This document shows, piece by piece, positions 9,050 through 16,585 of a DNA stretch of 25,609 nucleotides. The translations under genes and the position numbers were made by a program. Position 1 is the stretch's first letter. Every line of letters begins with the position of its first letter. The stretch lies in contig JACCSE010000231.1 in NCBI GenBank assembly GCA_013813145.1, forward strand, positions 1 through 25,609, in the 5' to 3' direction. Source of the stretch: Gemmatimonadales bacterium. GTDB lineage: Bacteria; Gemmatimonadota; Gemmatimonadetes; Gemmatimonadales; GWC2-71-9. The notes beneath the pieces were generated by a model that did no database searches, had not been told where the DNA came from, and was given only the letters and a program-made list of their open reading frames with translations.

Positions 9050-10182
9050 GCCCACCGCTGCGCCTCCGCGCGGCGCGCAATCGACGAGACCTGAAGCACT
9101 TCATCGATCTGCCCTACCGACTCCACGCGCGGGACCCTCTCTGGGTCCCGCCGTTGCGTCGGGACATGGACGCGCTGCTCTCCCGCGCCCGAAACCCCTT
9201 CTTCGAGCATGCCGAGGCGGAGTATTTCCTGGCCGAGCAGGCGGGCGAGGTGGTAGGCCGCGTCGCCGCCATCAGCAACCGTCTGCACAACGAGACCCAC
9301 GGGGACCGAGTTGGCTTCTTCGGGTTCTTCGAGTGTACCGACGACCAGGCGGTAGCGGACGTGCTGCTCACCGCCGCGGCGGATTGGTGCCGGGAGCGGA
9401 GACACGACCTCCTTCGCGGTCCCGCGTCCTTTTCGGTGAATGACGAGTGCGGCCTGCTGGTTGACGGGTTCGAGACTCCCCCAACCCTCATGATGCCGTA
9501 CAACCCCCGCTACTACGTCCGGTTGCTGGAGACATCCGGGTTCGTGAAGGCCAAGGACCTCTGGGTATACCAGGGCGGGAGCGAACAGGCTTACGTGCCG
9601 GTACCCGAGCGGCTCGCGCGGGGTACGGAGCTGATCCGCCAACGCTTGGGGATTACCATCCGGCCGCTCGACCTGAGGGACTTCGACGGCGAGGTCGAAC
9701 GGATCAAGGCGCTGTACAACGCGGCGTGGGAGAGGAACTGGGGCTTCGTCCCCATGACCGACCGGGAGATCGACCATCTGGCCGAGCAGTTCCGACCGGT
9801 GGTGATCCCGGAGCTGGTGCCGATCGCGGAGAAGGACGGCCGGATGATCGGATTCGGCATCACCCTGCCGGACCTGAACGTGGTGTTTCGCGGCAACCGC
9901 TCCGGCCGCATCTTTCCGGTCATTCTCAAGGTTCTCTGGGCCCTGAAAATGAAGAAGATCCGCCGGGCTCGGATCCTCCTGCTGGGGATCCTGCCGGAGT
10001 ATCGCGGCCGGGGAGTCGATGCGATGCTCTACCATTGGATCTGGACCAAGTCGGGAGAGCGGCAGATCTATTGGGGAGAGGCGGGGTGGATCCTGGAGGA
10101 CAACCCGGCGATGAACGCCGGGCTGGAGAAAATGACCTTCCGGGTCTACAAGACCTACCGGCTCTACGATCGGCCGATATGA
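9046..10182 (+). CDS. GNAT-fold acyltransferase, bacterial ceramide synthase (bCerS)-like
   Basis: FIDLPYRLH..DPLWVPPL, VGFFGFFEC, GPASFSVNDECGLLVDGF, MMPYNPRYY, YNAAWERNWGFVP, WILEDNPAMN. The frame is open from CTG 9046 (overlaps the spt stop); the ORF track starts late at 9154. Confidence 0.75.
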   Translation: MSPPLRLRAARNRRDLKHFIDLPYRLHARDPLWVPPLRRDMDALLSRARNPFFEHAEAEYFLAEQAGEVVGRVAAISNRLHNETHGDRVGFFGFFECTDDQAVADVLLTAAADWCRERRHDLLRGPASFSVNDECGLLVDGFETPPTLMMPYNPRYYVRLLETSGFVKAKDLWVYQGGSEQAYVPVPERLARGTELIRQRLGITIRPLDLRDFDGEVERIKALYNAAWERNWGFVPMTDREIDHLAEQFRPVVIPELVPIAEKDGRMIGFGITLPDLNVVFRGNRSGRIFPVILKVLWALKMKKIRRARILLLGILPEYRGRGVDAMLYHWIWTKSGERQIYWGEAGWILEDNPAMNAGLEKMTFRVYKTYRLYDRPI

Positions 10183-11147
10183 GGGCGCTGGTGACCGGCG
10201 CTACCGGATTCGTCGGCAGTCATCTGGTGGAAGCGCTCCGGCGGGAGGGTAGCGAAGTGACGGTGCTCGCCCGCTCGGCGAGCAAGGCTGAGGCGCTGGC
10301 GTCGCTCGGTATGCGGGTCATCGCGGGCGATCTCCACGACCCCGGCGCTCTGAACCGCGCGGTGGAAGGAAGGGACGTGGTATTTCACGTGGCGGGTGTG
10401 GTGTCGGCACGAAACGAAGCCGAGTTCTTCCGGGCCAACCGGGACGGCACCGCCAATCTGGTGGCGGCGAGCGCGCAGGCCGGCCGGCCCCGCTTCGTCT
10501 TCGTTTCGTCCCTGGCCGCGGCCGGCCCAGCCGATCCCGGGCGGCCGCTGGTCGGGAGCGAGCCTCCCAGGCCGGTCACCGCGTACGGCCGGAGCAAGCT
10601 GGCGGCCGAGCGGGTCGTCGCCGCCGGCGAGTTGTCCTGGACCATCGTGCGTCCTCCCACGGTCTATGGCCCGCGCGACCGCGAGGTCCTGAAGGTGTTC
10701 CGCCTCGCCCGGTTGGGCCTGGCACCGGTGTTCGGCAACGGCAAGCAGGAACTTTCGGCCGTGCACGGAGCCGATCTGGCGGACGCGCTGCTCGCGGCCG
10801 GAGCATCGGAGACCGCCGCAGGCAAGATCTACCACGCTTGCCATCCGGAGATCTTCACCAGCGCCGAGTTCGTCCGGGCCATCGCCGCCGCCATGGGCCG
10901 GCGGGTCGCCGTGATCGGCGTGCCCCGCCCCATCGGACGTGCCCTGCTGGCGCTGACCGAAACCGGCGCGCGCCTGACCGGCCGTCCGACGATCCTCACC
11001 ACCGACAAGGCCAACGAGTTCTTTCAGGCGGCGTGGACGGCGGACCCCGGACCGCTCACTCGAGACACCGGCTGGCAGGCGGCGCACGATCTGCGGGCCG
11101 GTCTCGCCGACACCTACGAGTGGTACCGGAGCGCCGGATGGCTCTAG
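10179..11147 (+). CDS. NAD(P)-dependent epimerase/dehydratase-family SDR, candidate ceramide reductase (CerR)
   Basis: VTGATGFVG, FVSSLAA, YGRSK (YxxxK), RPPTVYGP. ATGA overlap with the GNAT gene. Reductase role inferred from context. Confidence 0.75.
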   Translation: MRALVTGATGFVGSHLVEALRREGSEVTVLARSASKAEALASLGMRVIAGDLHDPGALNRAVEGRDVVFHVAGVVSARNEAEFFRANRDGTANLVAASAQAGRPRFVFVSSLAAAGPADPGRPLVGSEPPRPVTAYGRSKLAAERVVAAGELSWTIVRPPTVYGPRDREVLKVFRLARLGLAPVFGNGKQELSAVHGADLADALLAAGASETAAGKIYHACHPEIFTSAEFVRAIAAAMGRRVAVIGVPRPIGRALLALTETGARLTGRPTILTTDKANEFFQAAWTADPGPLTRDTGWQAAHDLRAGLADTYEWYRSAGWL

Positions 11148-12049
11148 CCCGGCGCGAGGGCCTTCGCGCGGTCGATGTTCTTCTTCTGGGCTACCTCGGA
11201 GTCGTCTCCGCGGTCGCGGTGGCGCGCGCGCCGTCGCAGCCGGGATGCTGGTGGCTGCTAGGCGCGCACGGATTGTTCCTCGTCCTCCTGGTGCTCATCA
11301 CCCGGCCCGGACTCGGTCCGGTCGGCCGCACCCTGCGCGAGATCTACCCCTTGCTGCTCCTGGCCGGTCTCTACGCCGAGCTCGACGTGCTCAATGGGTC
11401 GGCCTCGCGGCCGGTCTACGACGCGATGGTGCAGCGCTGGGAGCTGGCGCTGTTCGGGGTGCAGGCCAGCACGGCCTGGTGGCAGAGCGCGCCGAGCCGG
11501 ATCTGGTCGGCCGTACTCCACGCCGCTTATTTCTCCTACTACTTCATCATCCTGATACCGGCGCTCTACTTCGTCTGGCGACGGGATCTGGACGCGGTCC
11601 GCCACTTCGTTCTCGTCGTGATGACCGTCTTCGTGCTGTGCTACTTCACGTTCATCTTCTTTCCGGTGGCCGGACCGTACTATCTCTTTCCGAGGCCGGC
11701 GGCCTGGTTCACCGATAATTATCCGGCGCGGCTGGTGTACGCCACGCTCGCCGGCGGCAGCTCCTACGGAGCCGCCTTCCCCAGCTCGCACGTCGCGGCA
11801 ACGGTCGCCGCGGCCCTGGCCGCTTACCGCGGATCGCGTTCGCTGGGCCTGCTGCTCGCGCTGCCCACGGCGTTGCTCACCGTGGGAGTCGTGTACTGTC
11901 AAATGCACTATGCGGTGGACGCTCTGGCCGGGCTCGGCGTGGGCGCCGCCGTGGCTTGGGCGCTCGGCGCCCGGCGGAGCCCGGTGCCATCCCGCCTCCC
12001 GCTGCGAAGCCGCCGGTCCGGCTCGCTCGCCGCCCCGCATACGAGCTGA
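11138..12049 (+). CDS. Membrane PAP2-superfamily protein, Aur1/IPC-synthase-like
   Basis: Several hydrophobic segments, AYFSYY, FPVAGP, AAFPSSH and MHYAVD catalytic-type motifs. ATG at 11138 overlaps the preceding gene by 10 nt. Confidence 0.8.
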   Translation: MALARREGLRAVDVLLLGYLGVVSAVAVARAPSQPGCWWLLGAHGLFLVLLVLITRPGLGPVGRTLREIYPLLLLAGLYAELDVLNGSASRPVYDAMVQRWELALFGVQASTAWWQSAPSRIWSAVLHAAYFSYYFIILIPALYFVWRRDLDAVRHFVLVVMTVFVLCYFTFIFFPVAGPYYLFPRPAAWFTDNYPARLVYATLAGGSSYGAAFPSSHVAATVAAALAAYRGSRSLGLLLALPTALLTVGVVYCQMHYAVDALAGLGVGAAVAWALGARRSPVPSRLPLRSRRSGSLAAPHTS

Positions 12050-12063
12050 GCGCGACGGACCGG

Positions 12064-12096
12064 CAGGAGAAAGCCCCCCAGGATTCCGGAGGGCTT
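12064..12096 (-). terminator. Rho-independent terminator for the cupredoxin gene
   Basis: Minus strand reads AAGCCCTCC-GGAATCCT-GGGGGGCTT (9-bp stem with one G-U pair) then TCTCCT; lies between convergent genes. Confidence 0.55.
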
Positions 12097-12123
12097 CATC
12101 ACATTTCGACCGGGTGGGCCAGG

Positions 12124-12603
12124 TTACTGCACCGTGATCCTGCCCTTCATGCCGAGGGCAAGGTGGGGAAGGCAGTAGTACTTGTACTCACCCGTCGGAG
12201 CGTTGGCGAAGGTGACCGCGTACACCGCGCTGGGCTCGGTGAGGAGCTGGCCTTCGAGCGGCGCCATCTGGTCCGGCATGCCGGCCTTGAGCGCATCGGC
12301 GGCGCCGGAGGGGATGCTGTCGCCCCAGAAGGAGACGTTGTGCGGGCCCCCGCTCACGTTGTGGAATCGCACCACGTCGCCGGCCTTGATGGTGAGCTGG
12401 TCGGGCACGTACTTGTAGCTGCTGCCCTCGAGCACCATGTTGACGTCGTGCGTGGCGCCGGCCGCGGCGGGAGCCGCCCCCGCGCCGGATGCCCCCTGCT
12501 CCGGAGCCGCTGTGGTCTGCTGGTCATTTGCCGCCCCCTGCTCGCCGCCGCCACAGGCCGCGAACAGCACCGCCAGCCCCGCCACCAAGGAAGTCACGCG
12601 CAT
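12124..12603 (-). CDS. Plastocyanin/azurin-family type-1 blue-copper lipoprotein
   Basis: Lipobox LFAA-C-GG, Ala/Pro/Gln linker, GPHNV and YYCLPHLALGM (His, Cys, His, Met ligands). Confidence 0.9.
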   Translation of the reverse strand: MRVTSLVAGLAVLFAACGGGEQGAANDQQTTAAPEQGASGAGAAPAAAGATHDVNMVLEGSSYKYVPDQLTIKAGDVVRFHNVSGGPHNVSFWGDSIPSGAADALKAGMPDQMAPLEGQLLTEPSAVYAVTFANAPTGEYKYYCLPHLALGMKGRITVQ

Positions 12604-12637
12604 CGCCGCTCTCTGCCTCCAAAATTGGGATGTCAGA

Positions 12638-12659
12638 CTTTGTGAACCAGTTCACAAAG
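12638..12659. promoter_or_regulatory. Perfect palindromic operator, Rex-type (TTGTGAA-N4-TTCACAA)
   Basis: CTTTGTGAAC-CA-GTTCACAAAG, 10-bp perfect arms, about 35 nt upstream of the cupredoxin ATG. Also fits CRP TGTGA-N6-TCACA. Confidence 0.7.
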
Positions 12660-12686
12660 ATATACGAAAGCTTTTAACTTGCGCAA
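12659..12686 (-). promoter_or_regulatory. Candidate sigma70 promoter for the cupredoxin gene
   Basis: Minus strand TTGCGC-16 nt-TATATC directly abutting the palindrome; GGAGG further downstream before the ATG. Confidence 0.45.
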
Positions 12687-13479
12687 CACGATGATGGATC
12701 CTCCTCCCTGTAAACGGCTTGGGCCTCAGTGCCGCAGCCTGCGGGTGACTCTACGCGTGGGTTCGCTCGAGGACGGCTCGACCTCGCTGGACCACGAGGC
12801 CACCTGGCTCATGGGACACACCCGTGCCATCACCTTCGGCGACCTGTGGGAAGGAGAGGGCGATCTCTACGTGGATGCCGTGCTCCACGTGGGATGCCGA
12901 TTTCTCCGGGTCGAGGACCGGGCGGCGCGCTGCTCGCTGTACGGCTTCCGCGGCCCCCTCCCCCGGGGTGCCCGGCGGATAGAGCAACCCCGGCGAGTCG
13001 GCCGCAACCGCTTCCGGGTGGTGGAGGACAGCCGGCCCGAGGTTCGTACCCTGCCGGCGGAAGCCGCGTCCCCGGAGCCCCGCGGCGCCTTGCCGGTGCT
13101 CGCCTCGCCCAACCCCTGCGCCACCGCCTCCTGCAAGACCGCCGACCACTCGAGGGGGGCCGCCTGCTGCAGAGACCTGCAGGTCGAGATCATGTGCACT
13201 CGCCGGGAGCGGTCGCTGGAGGCCCTGGTTCGCTCCCGCCGGTCGCCGTACTTGTGTAAGATCGACCGGGCGGGGGACTATTCGTTGGAGGTGGAGATGA
13301 TCTCCGCCTGCGCGTATCTCGGGGAAGACGGCATCGCGTGCAGCCTGCATGGCCGGCGCCGCCCCGACGGTCGGCCCGCCAAGCCGGACCTCTGCTCCGA
13401 ATGGCCGCCCAAGAACAAAGGGCTGCATCCGGGCTGCGTCTTCGCCCCCGGCAGACGCCGGGCGCAGGCCCGGGTGTGA
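12679..13479 (+). CDS. Cys-rich protein resembling the YkgJ/CxxCxxCC Zn/Fe-chelating family
   Basis: CATASC...AACC and CAYLGEDGIACSLHG...KPDLCSEWP. True start is probably downstream of 12679 (e.g. GTG near 12746). Confidence 0.6.
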   Translation: MRNTMMDPPPCKRLGPQCRSLRVTLRVGSLEDGSTSLDHEATWLMGHTRAITFGDLWEGEGDLYVDAVLHVGCRFLRVEDRAARCSLYGFRGPLPRGARRIEQPRRVGRNRFRVVEDSRPEVRTLPAEAASPEPRGALPVLASPNPCATASCKTADHSRGAACCRDLQVEIMCTRRERSLEALVRSRRSPYLCKIDRAGDYSLEVEMISACAYLGEDGIACSLHGRRRPDGRPAKPDLCSEWPPKNKGLHPGCVFAPGRRRAQARV

Positions 13480-13595
13480 CCGATCCAAGTGTGCAAGCGA
13501 ACGGAAGTTGGCCGTCCTCAAAGTCGATCCGCCCTGCCCCGACGGTCGTGTAGACCGGGTTCCTGGGATGCGACGGGGACCTCGGGGGAGGAATC

Positions 13596-14114
13596 GTGAG
13601 CGACGAGCTCGAAAAACTGTACCAGAGCACCTACACGGCGGTCGTGCGCTTCCTGTATCGCAAGGTGTGGGACGCGGAACGCGCTGAGGATCTGGCGCAG
13701 GAAGTCTTCGTGCGGGCGCTGGCGCACCGGCCGGAGAAGCCCCGCGCCTGGGTCTTCGCCGTGGCTGCCAACCTGGCGCGTGACGAGGCGAGGGCGGCGG
13801 TACGCCGGAAGCGGCATCTCACGCTGCTGAAAGGCGACCCCATCGCTCAGCCGGCGATGACCCCTGCGGCCGACGATACGGTCGAGCACGACGAACAGAT
13901 GGCCTCCGTGCAGGAGGCGCTCAACACGCTTACCCCTCGGGACCGGGAGATCCTGCTCCTGTGGGACGCCGGGCTCAGCTACCCGGAGATCGCGGCGCAG
14001 ACCGGACTGGCGGTCGGAGCGGTCGGCACGACGTTGGCGCGCGCGCGGCGCCGGCTGGTGGAAGCTCACGATCGACAGCAGAGACAGACGGGGGACCATG
14101 CGGCACATTCCTGA
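13596..14114 (+). CDS. ECF-family RNA polymerase sigma factor
   Basis: AEDLAQEVFVRA, AWVFAVAANLARD, LTPRDREILLL..GLSYPEIA..GTTLARARRRL. GGGGAGGA RBS before GTG. Confidence 0.92.
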   Translation: MSDELEKLYQSTYTAVVRFLYRKVWDAERAEDLAQEVFVRALAHRPEKPRAWVFAVAANLARDEARAAVRRKRHLTLLKGDPIAQPAMTPAADDTVEHDEQMASVQEALNTLTPRDREILLLWDAGLSYPEIAAQTGLAVGAVGTTLARARRRLVEAHDRQQRQTGDHAAHS

Positions 14115-15132
14115 GGACGAGCTTCACGCCTACCTGGACCAGGGATTGAGCCGCACGCAGTGCGTCGAGATCGAAAGCCACCTCGCCGACTGCTCCTCGT
14201 GCCGCGCCTCCCGCGACCGGATCGCGGCGCTCAGGGACCGCACGACTTCGCTTCTGGCCCGGCTGGCACCGCCGCGCCAGATCCCGCCCGCCTTCGAAAG
14301 CCTGCGCCGCCGCGCGGCGGAAGAGGCGTCCCAGCGCCGCCGTCGTGCCCATGTGGCCGCCTGGGCCGCGAGCCTCGTGGCCGCCGTGGGGTTCGGGTGG
14401 ACGGCCAGCTCGGTCATCGGAACCCGGGCTCTCGCCAACCCGGAAGTTGTGCAATCGCCCCCTCCAGTGCCCCGTGCCATAGCGGCGAGTGCGGCCGAGC
14501 CCGGACCGGACTCCGCGCCGGCGCGGGGGGCACCGGCTCCCACCGCTCCTGCCGTTGCCCGCCCGGAACGCGTCCAGCGCGCCCCCGCTCAGGTGGTGTC
14601 GCGCCCGGCTCGTCCGAGCCGCTCCGCTAAGGATTCGCTCCGGGCGGCGATGCTGGCCGTGCTCGACCCCGCCCCGGCGGTGGAGCTCACCCAGCTCGAT
14701 GACTCCCGCTCCCGAAACGCCGGCGAGTTCGACGGCATGTGGCGGACGGTATCGTGGGATGGCGCCCGGGCCGAGGCGGGCGAGCGGCTGCCCCACATCG
14801 ACGGCCTGCGGGTGCTCAAGGTGCAGGTCCAGGCGGGCGAACCGGGCAAGCGCTCGGTCATGGTCGTGGCCCAGCAGCTCTCTTCGGGGCAGGTCATCCA
14901 GACCATCGAGGGACCCGCCTCCGACGTCTCTCAACTCCTGGCCCGGCGCGCGATGAGCGGCGTGGATTCCGTGGTTCTGCGCGGCGACTCCCTGACCCGC
15001 AGCGCCGGGGGCGATCACGCCATGGCCATGCAGCTCGGCGACGACCGTATGCTCGCCATCACCGGCGCGCTGCCGTCGGACAGCCTGCGGGCGATGATCC
15101 GACGGTTGAATGCGGAGATGAGGAGTAAGTAG
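14098..15132 (+). CDS. Zinc-binding (ZAS/zf-HC2) transmembrane anti-sigma factor
   Basis: HIPEDELHAYLD...HLADCSSC (HxxxCxxC), one TM segment AAWAASLVAAVGFGW, Pro/Ala linker, C-terminal extracytoplasmic domain. Overlaps the sigma gene by 17 nt. Confidence 0.85.
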   Translation: MRHIPEDELHAYLDQGLSRTQCVEIESHLADCSSCRASRDRIAALRDRTTSLLARLAPPRQIPPAFESLRRRAAEEASQRRRRAHVAAWAASLVAAVGFGWTASSVIGTRALANPEVVQSPPPVPRAIAASAAEPGPDSAPARGAPAPTAPAVARPERVQRAPAQVVSRPARPSRSAKDSLRAAMLAVLDPAPAVELTQLDDSRSRNAGEFDGMWRTVSWDGARAEAGERLPHIDGLRVLKVQVQAGEPGKRSVMVVAQQLSSGQVIQTIEGPASDVSQLLARRAMSGVDSVVLRGDSLTRSAGGDHAMAMQLGDDRMLAITGALPSDSLRAMIRRLNAEMRSK

Positions 15133-15225
15133 GTCGCAGGTCTCAGGTCGCAGGTCTGTTGCAGAAAAAGACCCTCCCAGTGGCTCACGGGAGGGTTTTT
15201 GCTTGGGACCTGCGACCTGCGACCT
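15131..15225. repeat. Inverted array of AGGTCGC heptamers enclosing a terminator
   Basis: Left AGGTCGCAGGTCTCAGGTCGCAGGTC (15131-15156); right GACCTGCGACCTGCGACCT (15207-15225), whose reverse complement is AGGTCGCAGGTCGCAGGTC. Confidence 0.85.
15165..15200. terminator. Bidirectional rho-independent terminator
   Basis: AAAAAG-ACCCTCCC-AGTGGCTCAC-GGGAGGGT-TTTT between the convergent anti-sigma and actF genes. Confidence 0.85.
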
Positions 15226-16585
15226 ATCTTGGCTTCTCCCTCCGCTCCACCAGCTCCGGCCTCACGTAATCCTGCGCGCCCTCCTCATGCAGGAACTCGG
15301 CTTCCACGATCGCATGGCCGCGCTCGCGGTTGAGGGTGATCTCGGCCAGGCGCGGGGAGACCATGGGAAAGGTGCGGGCGAAGAGGGCGTAGGTCAGGAG
15401 GTAGAGACCCAGAAACGCGAGCGTGGGCCCCGCCTCGGCGACACCAAAGTGCGGGCCGGGCAGGACCGACACCGAGGGCATGACCAGAAGGTAGCGCTCC
15501 AGCCAGAGGGCCACGAGACTCAGCGCGGCGAAGAAACCGAGGGTGAACCGCGTCTTCTTGGGGGCGACCCCGAGGAGCCCGAAGAACGGGATGACGAACA
15601 TTCCCAGGAAGACCGCCCGCCCCACCGGCAACCAGTGACCCCACAGTCGCGCGTAGACGAAGCCGGTTTCCTCCGGCAGGTTGCCGTACCAGATAACCAG
15701 GAACTGGGCCCACATCAGGTAGGCCCAGAACACGGTGAAGCCGAAGCACAGCTTCCCCAGGTCGTGCCGCTGCTTGGGCGAGACCAGGTCGGCGATCCCG
15801 AGGTGCGAAGCGCCGTAGATCGTCATCAGGGCGAGCAACATGTGCGCGCCCAGGAAACTGCCCATGAAGTAGAAGCCGCCCAGCAGGTTGGAGAACCAGT
15901 GCGGCTGGAGCGCCATGATCCCGTCGAACGCCACCATGCTGAACACGATGGCGTACAGCACCGCGTAGGTCGGCGCGAGCCGGTAGATCCGCGCCTCGTG
16001 CGCGGTGGCGGCCTGGGGCGAGTCGTATTTCCGCGTCCACCGGTCGTAGAGCGATCGGCGGCCGGGCCCGGCCGCGGCGCGGACGGCGTACATGTCCGGG
16101 ATGAGATCGGCCCGCACCAGCTTCCACCCGACCAGGTAGAGCGCCACGAGGCCCACCGCCAGACGGATGAACATGAACTCATGGGAGAGCCACACCGCCT
16201 TGCCGTGCTGCAGCTCGTGCAGCGCGTGCTCCATCGGCCCGTAGATCGGCGCGTAGCCCACCGTGAAAATGAGCAGGAACCCCAGGAGTGATATCGGCAG
16301 GAACGCGACCGAGGCCTCCGCGAAGCGGATCACCAGCCCGGACCATTTGGCGTTGGTGATCTTCTGCACCGCCGCGAAGGCGATGCTTCCGCCGGCAAGG
16401 CCGGTGAAGTAGAGCCAGTTGACGTGGAAGAGCTGCCAGGCGCGGGCGCCGCCCTCGCCGAGGAGCGACTGGATGAAGAAAAACAGGCCCAGCACCGTGA
16501 GCCCGCCGCCGATGCCGAGAAACAGCTCGTACCTGCCGGCGAGGGCCCGCTCAACCAGACGGGCGTGGATGGTGCCGGGGCTCAT
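15224..16585 (-). CDS. actF: Alternative complex III subunit ActF (NrfD-like membrane protein)
   Basis: Polytopic; FDGIMALQPHWFSNL, HDLGKLCFGFTVFWAYLMWAQFLVIWYGNLPEE. ATG 16585 overlaps the actE stop (ATGA). Confidence 0.85.
   Translation of the reverse strand: MSPGTIHARLVERALAGRYELFLGIGGGLTVLGLFFFIQSLLGEGGARAWQLFHVNWLYFTGLAGGSIAFAAVQKITNAKWSGLVIRFAEASVAFLPISLLGFLLIFTVGYAPIYGPMEHALHELQHGKAVWLSHEFMFIRLAVGLVALYLVGWKLVRADLIPDMYAVRAAAGPGRRSLYDRWTRKYDSPQAATAHEARIYRLAPTYAVLYAIVFSMVAFDGIMALQPHWFSNLLGGFYFMGSFLGAHMLLALMTIYGASHLGIADLVSPKQRHDLGKLCFGFTVFWAYLMWAQFLVIWYGNLPEETGFVYARLWGHWLPVGRAVFLGMFVIPFFGLLGVAPKKTRFTLGFFAALSLVALWLERYLLVMPSVSVLPGPHFGVAEAGPTLAFLGLYLLTYALFARTFPMVSPRLAEITLNRERGHAIVEAEFLHEEGAQDYVRPELVERREKPR

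Noticed and set aside
13480-13595. Autoregulatory ECF promoter upstream of the sigma gene
   Set aside because: GGAAGT and CGTC-like words are present but not at a convincing spacing.
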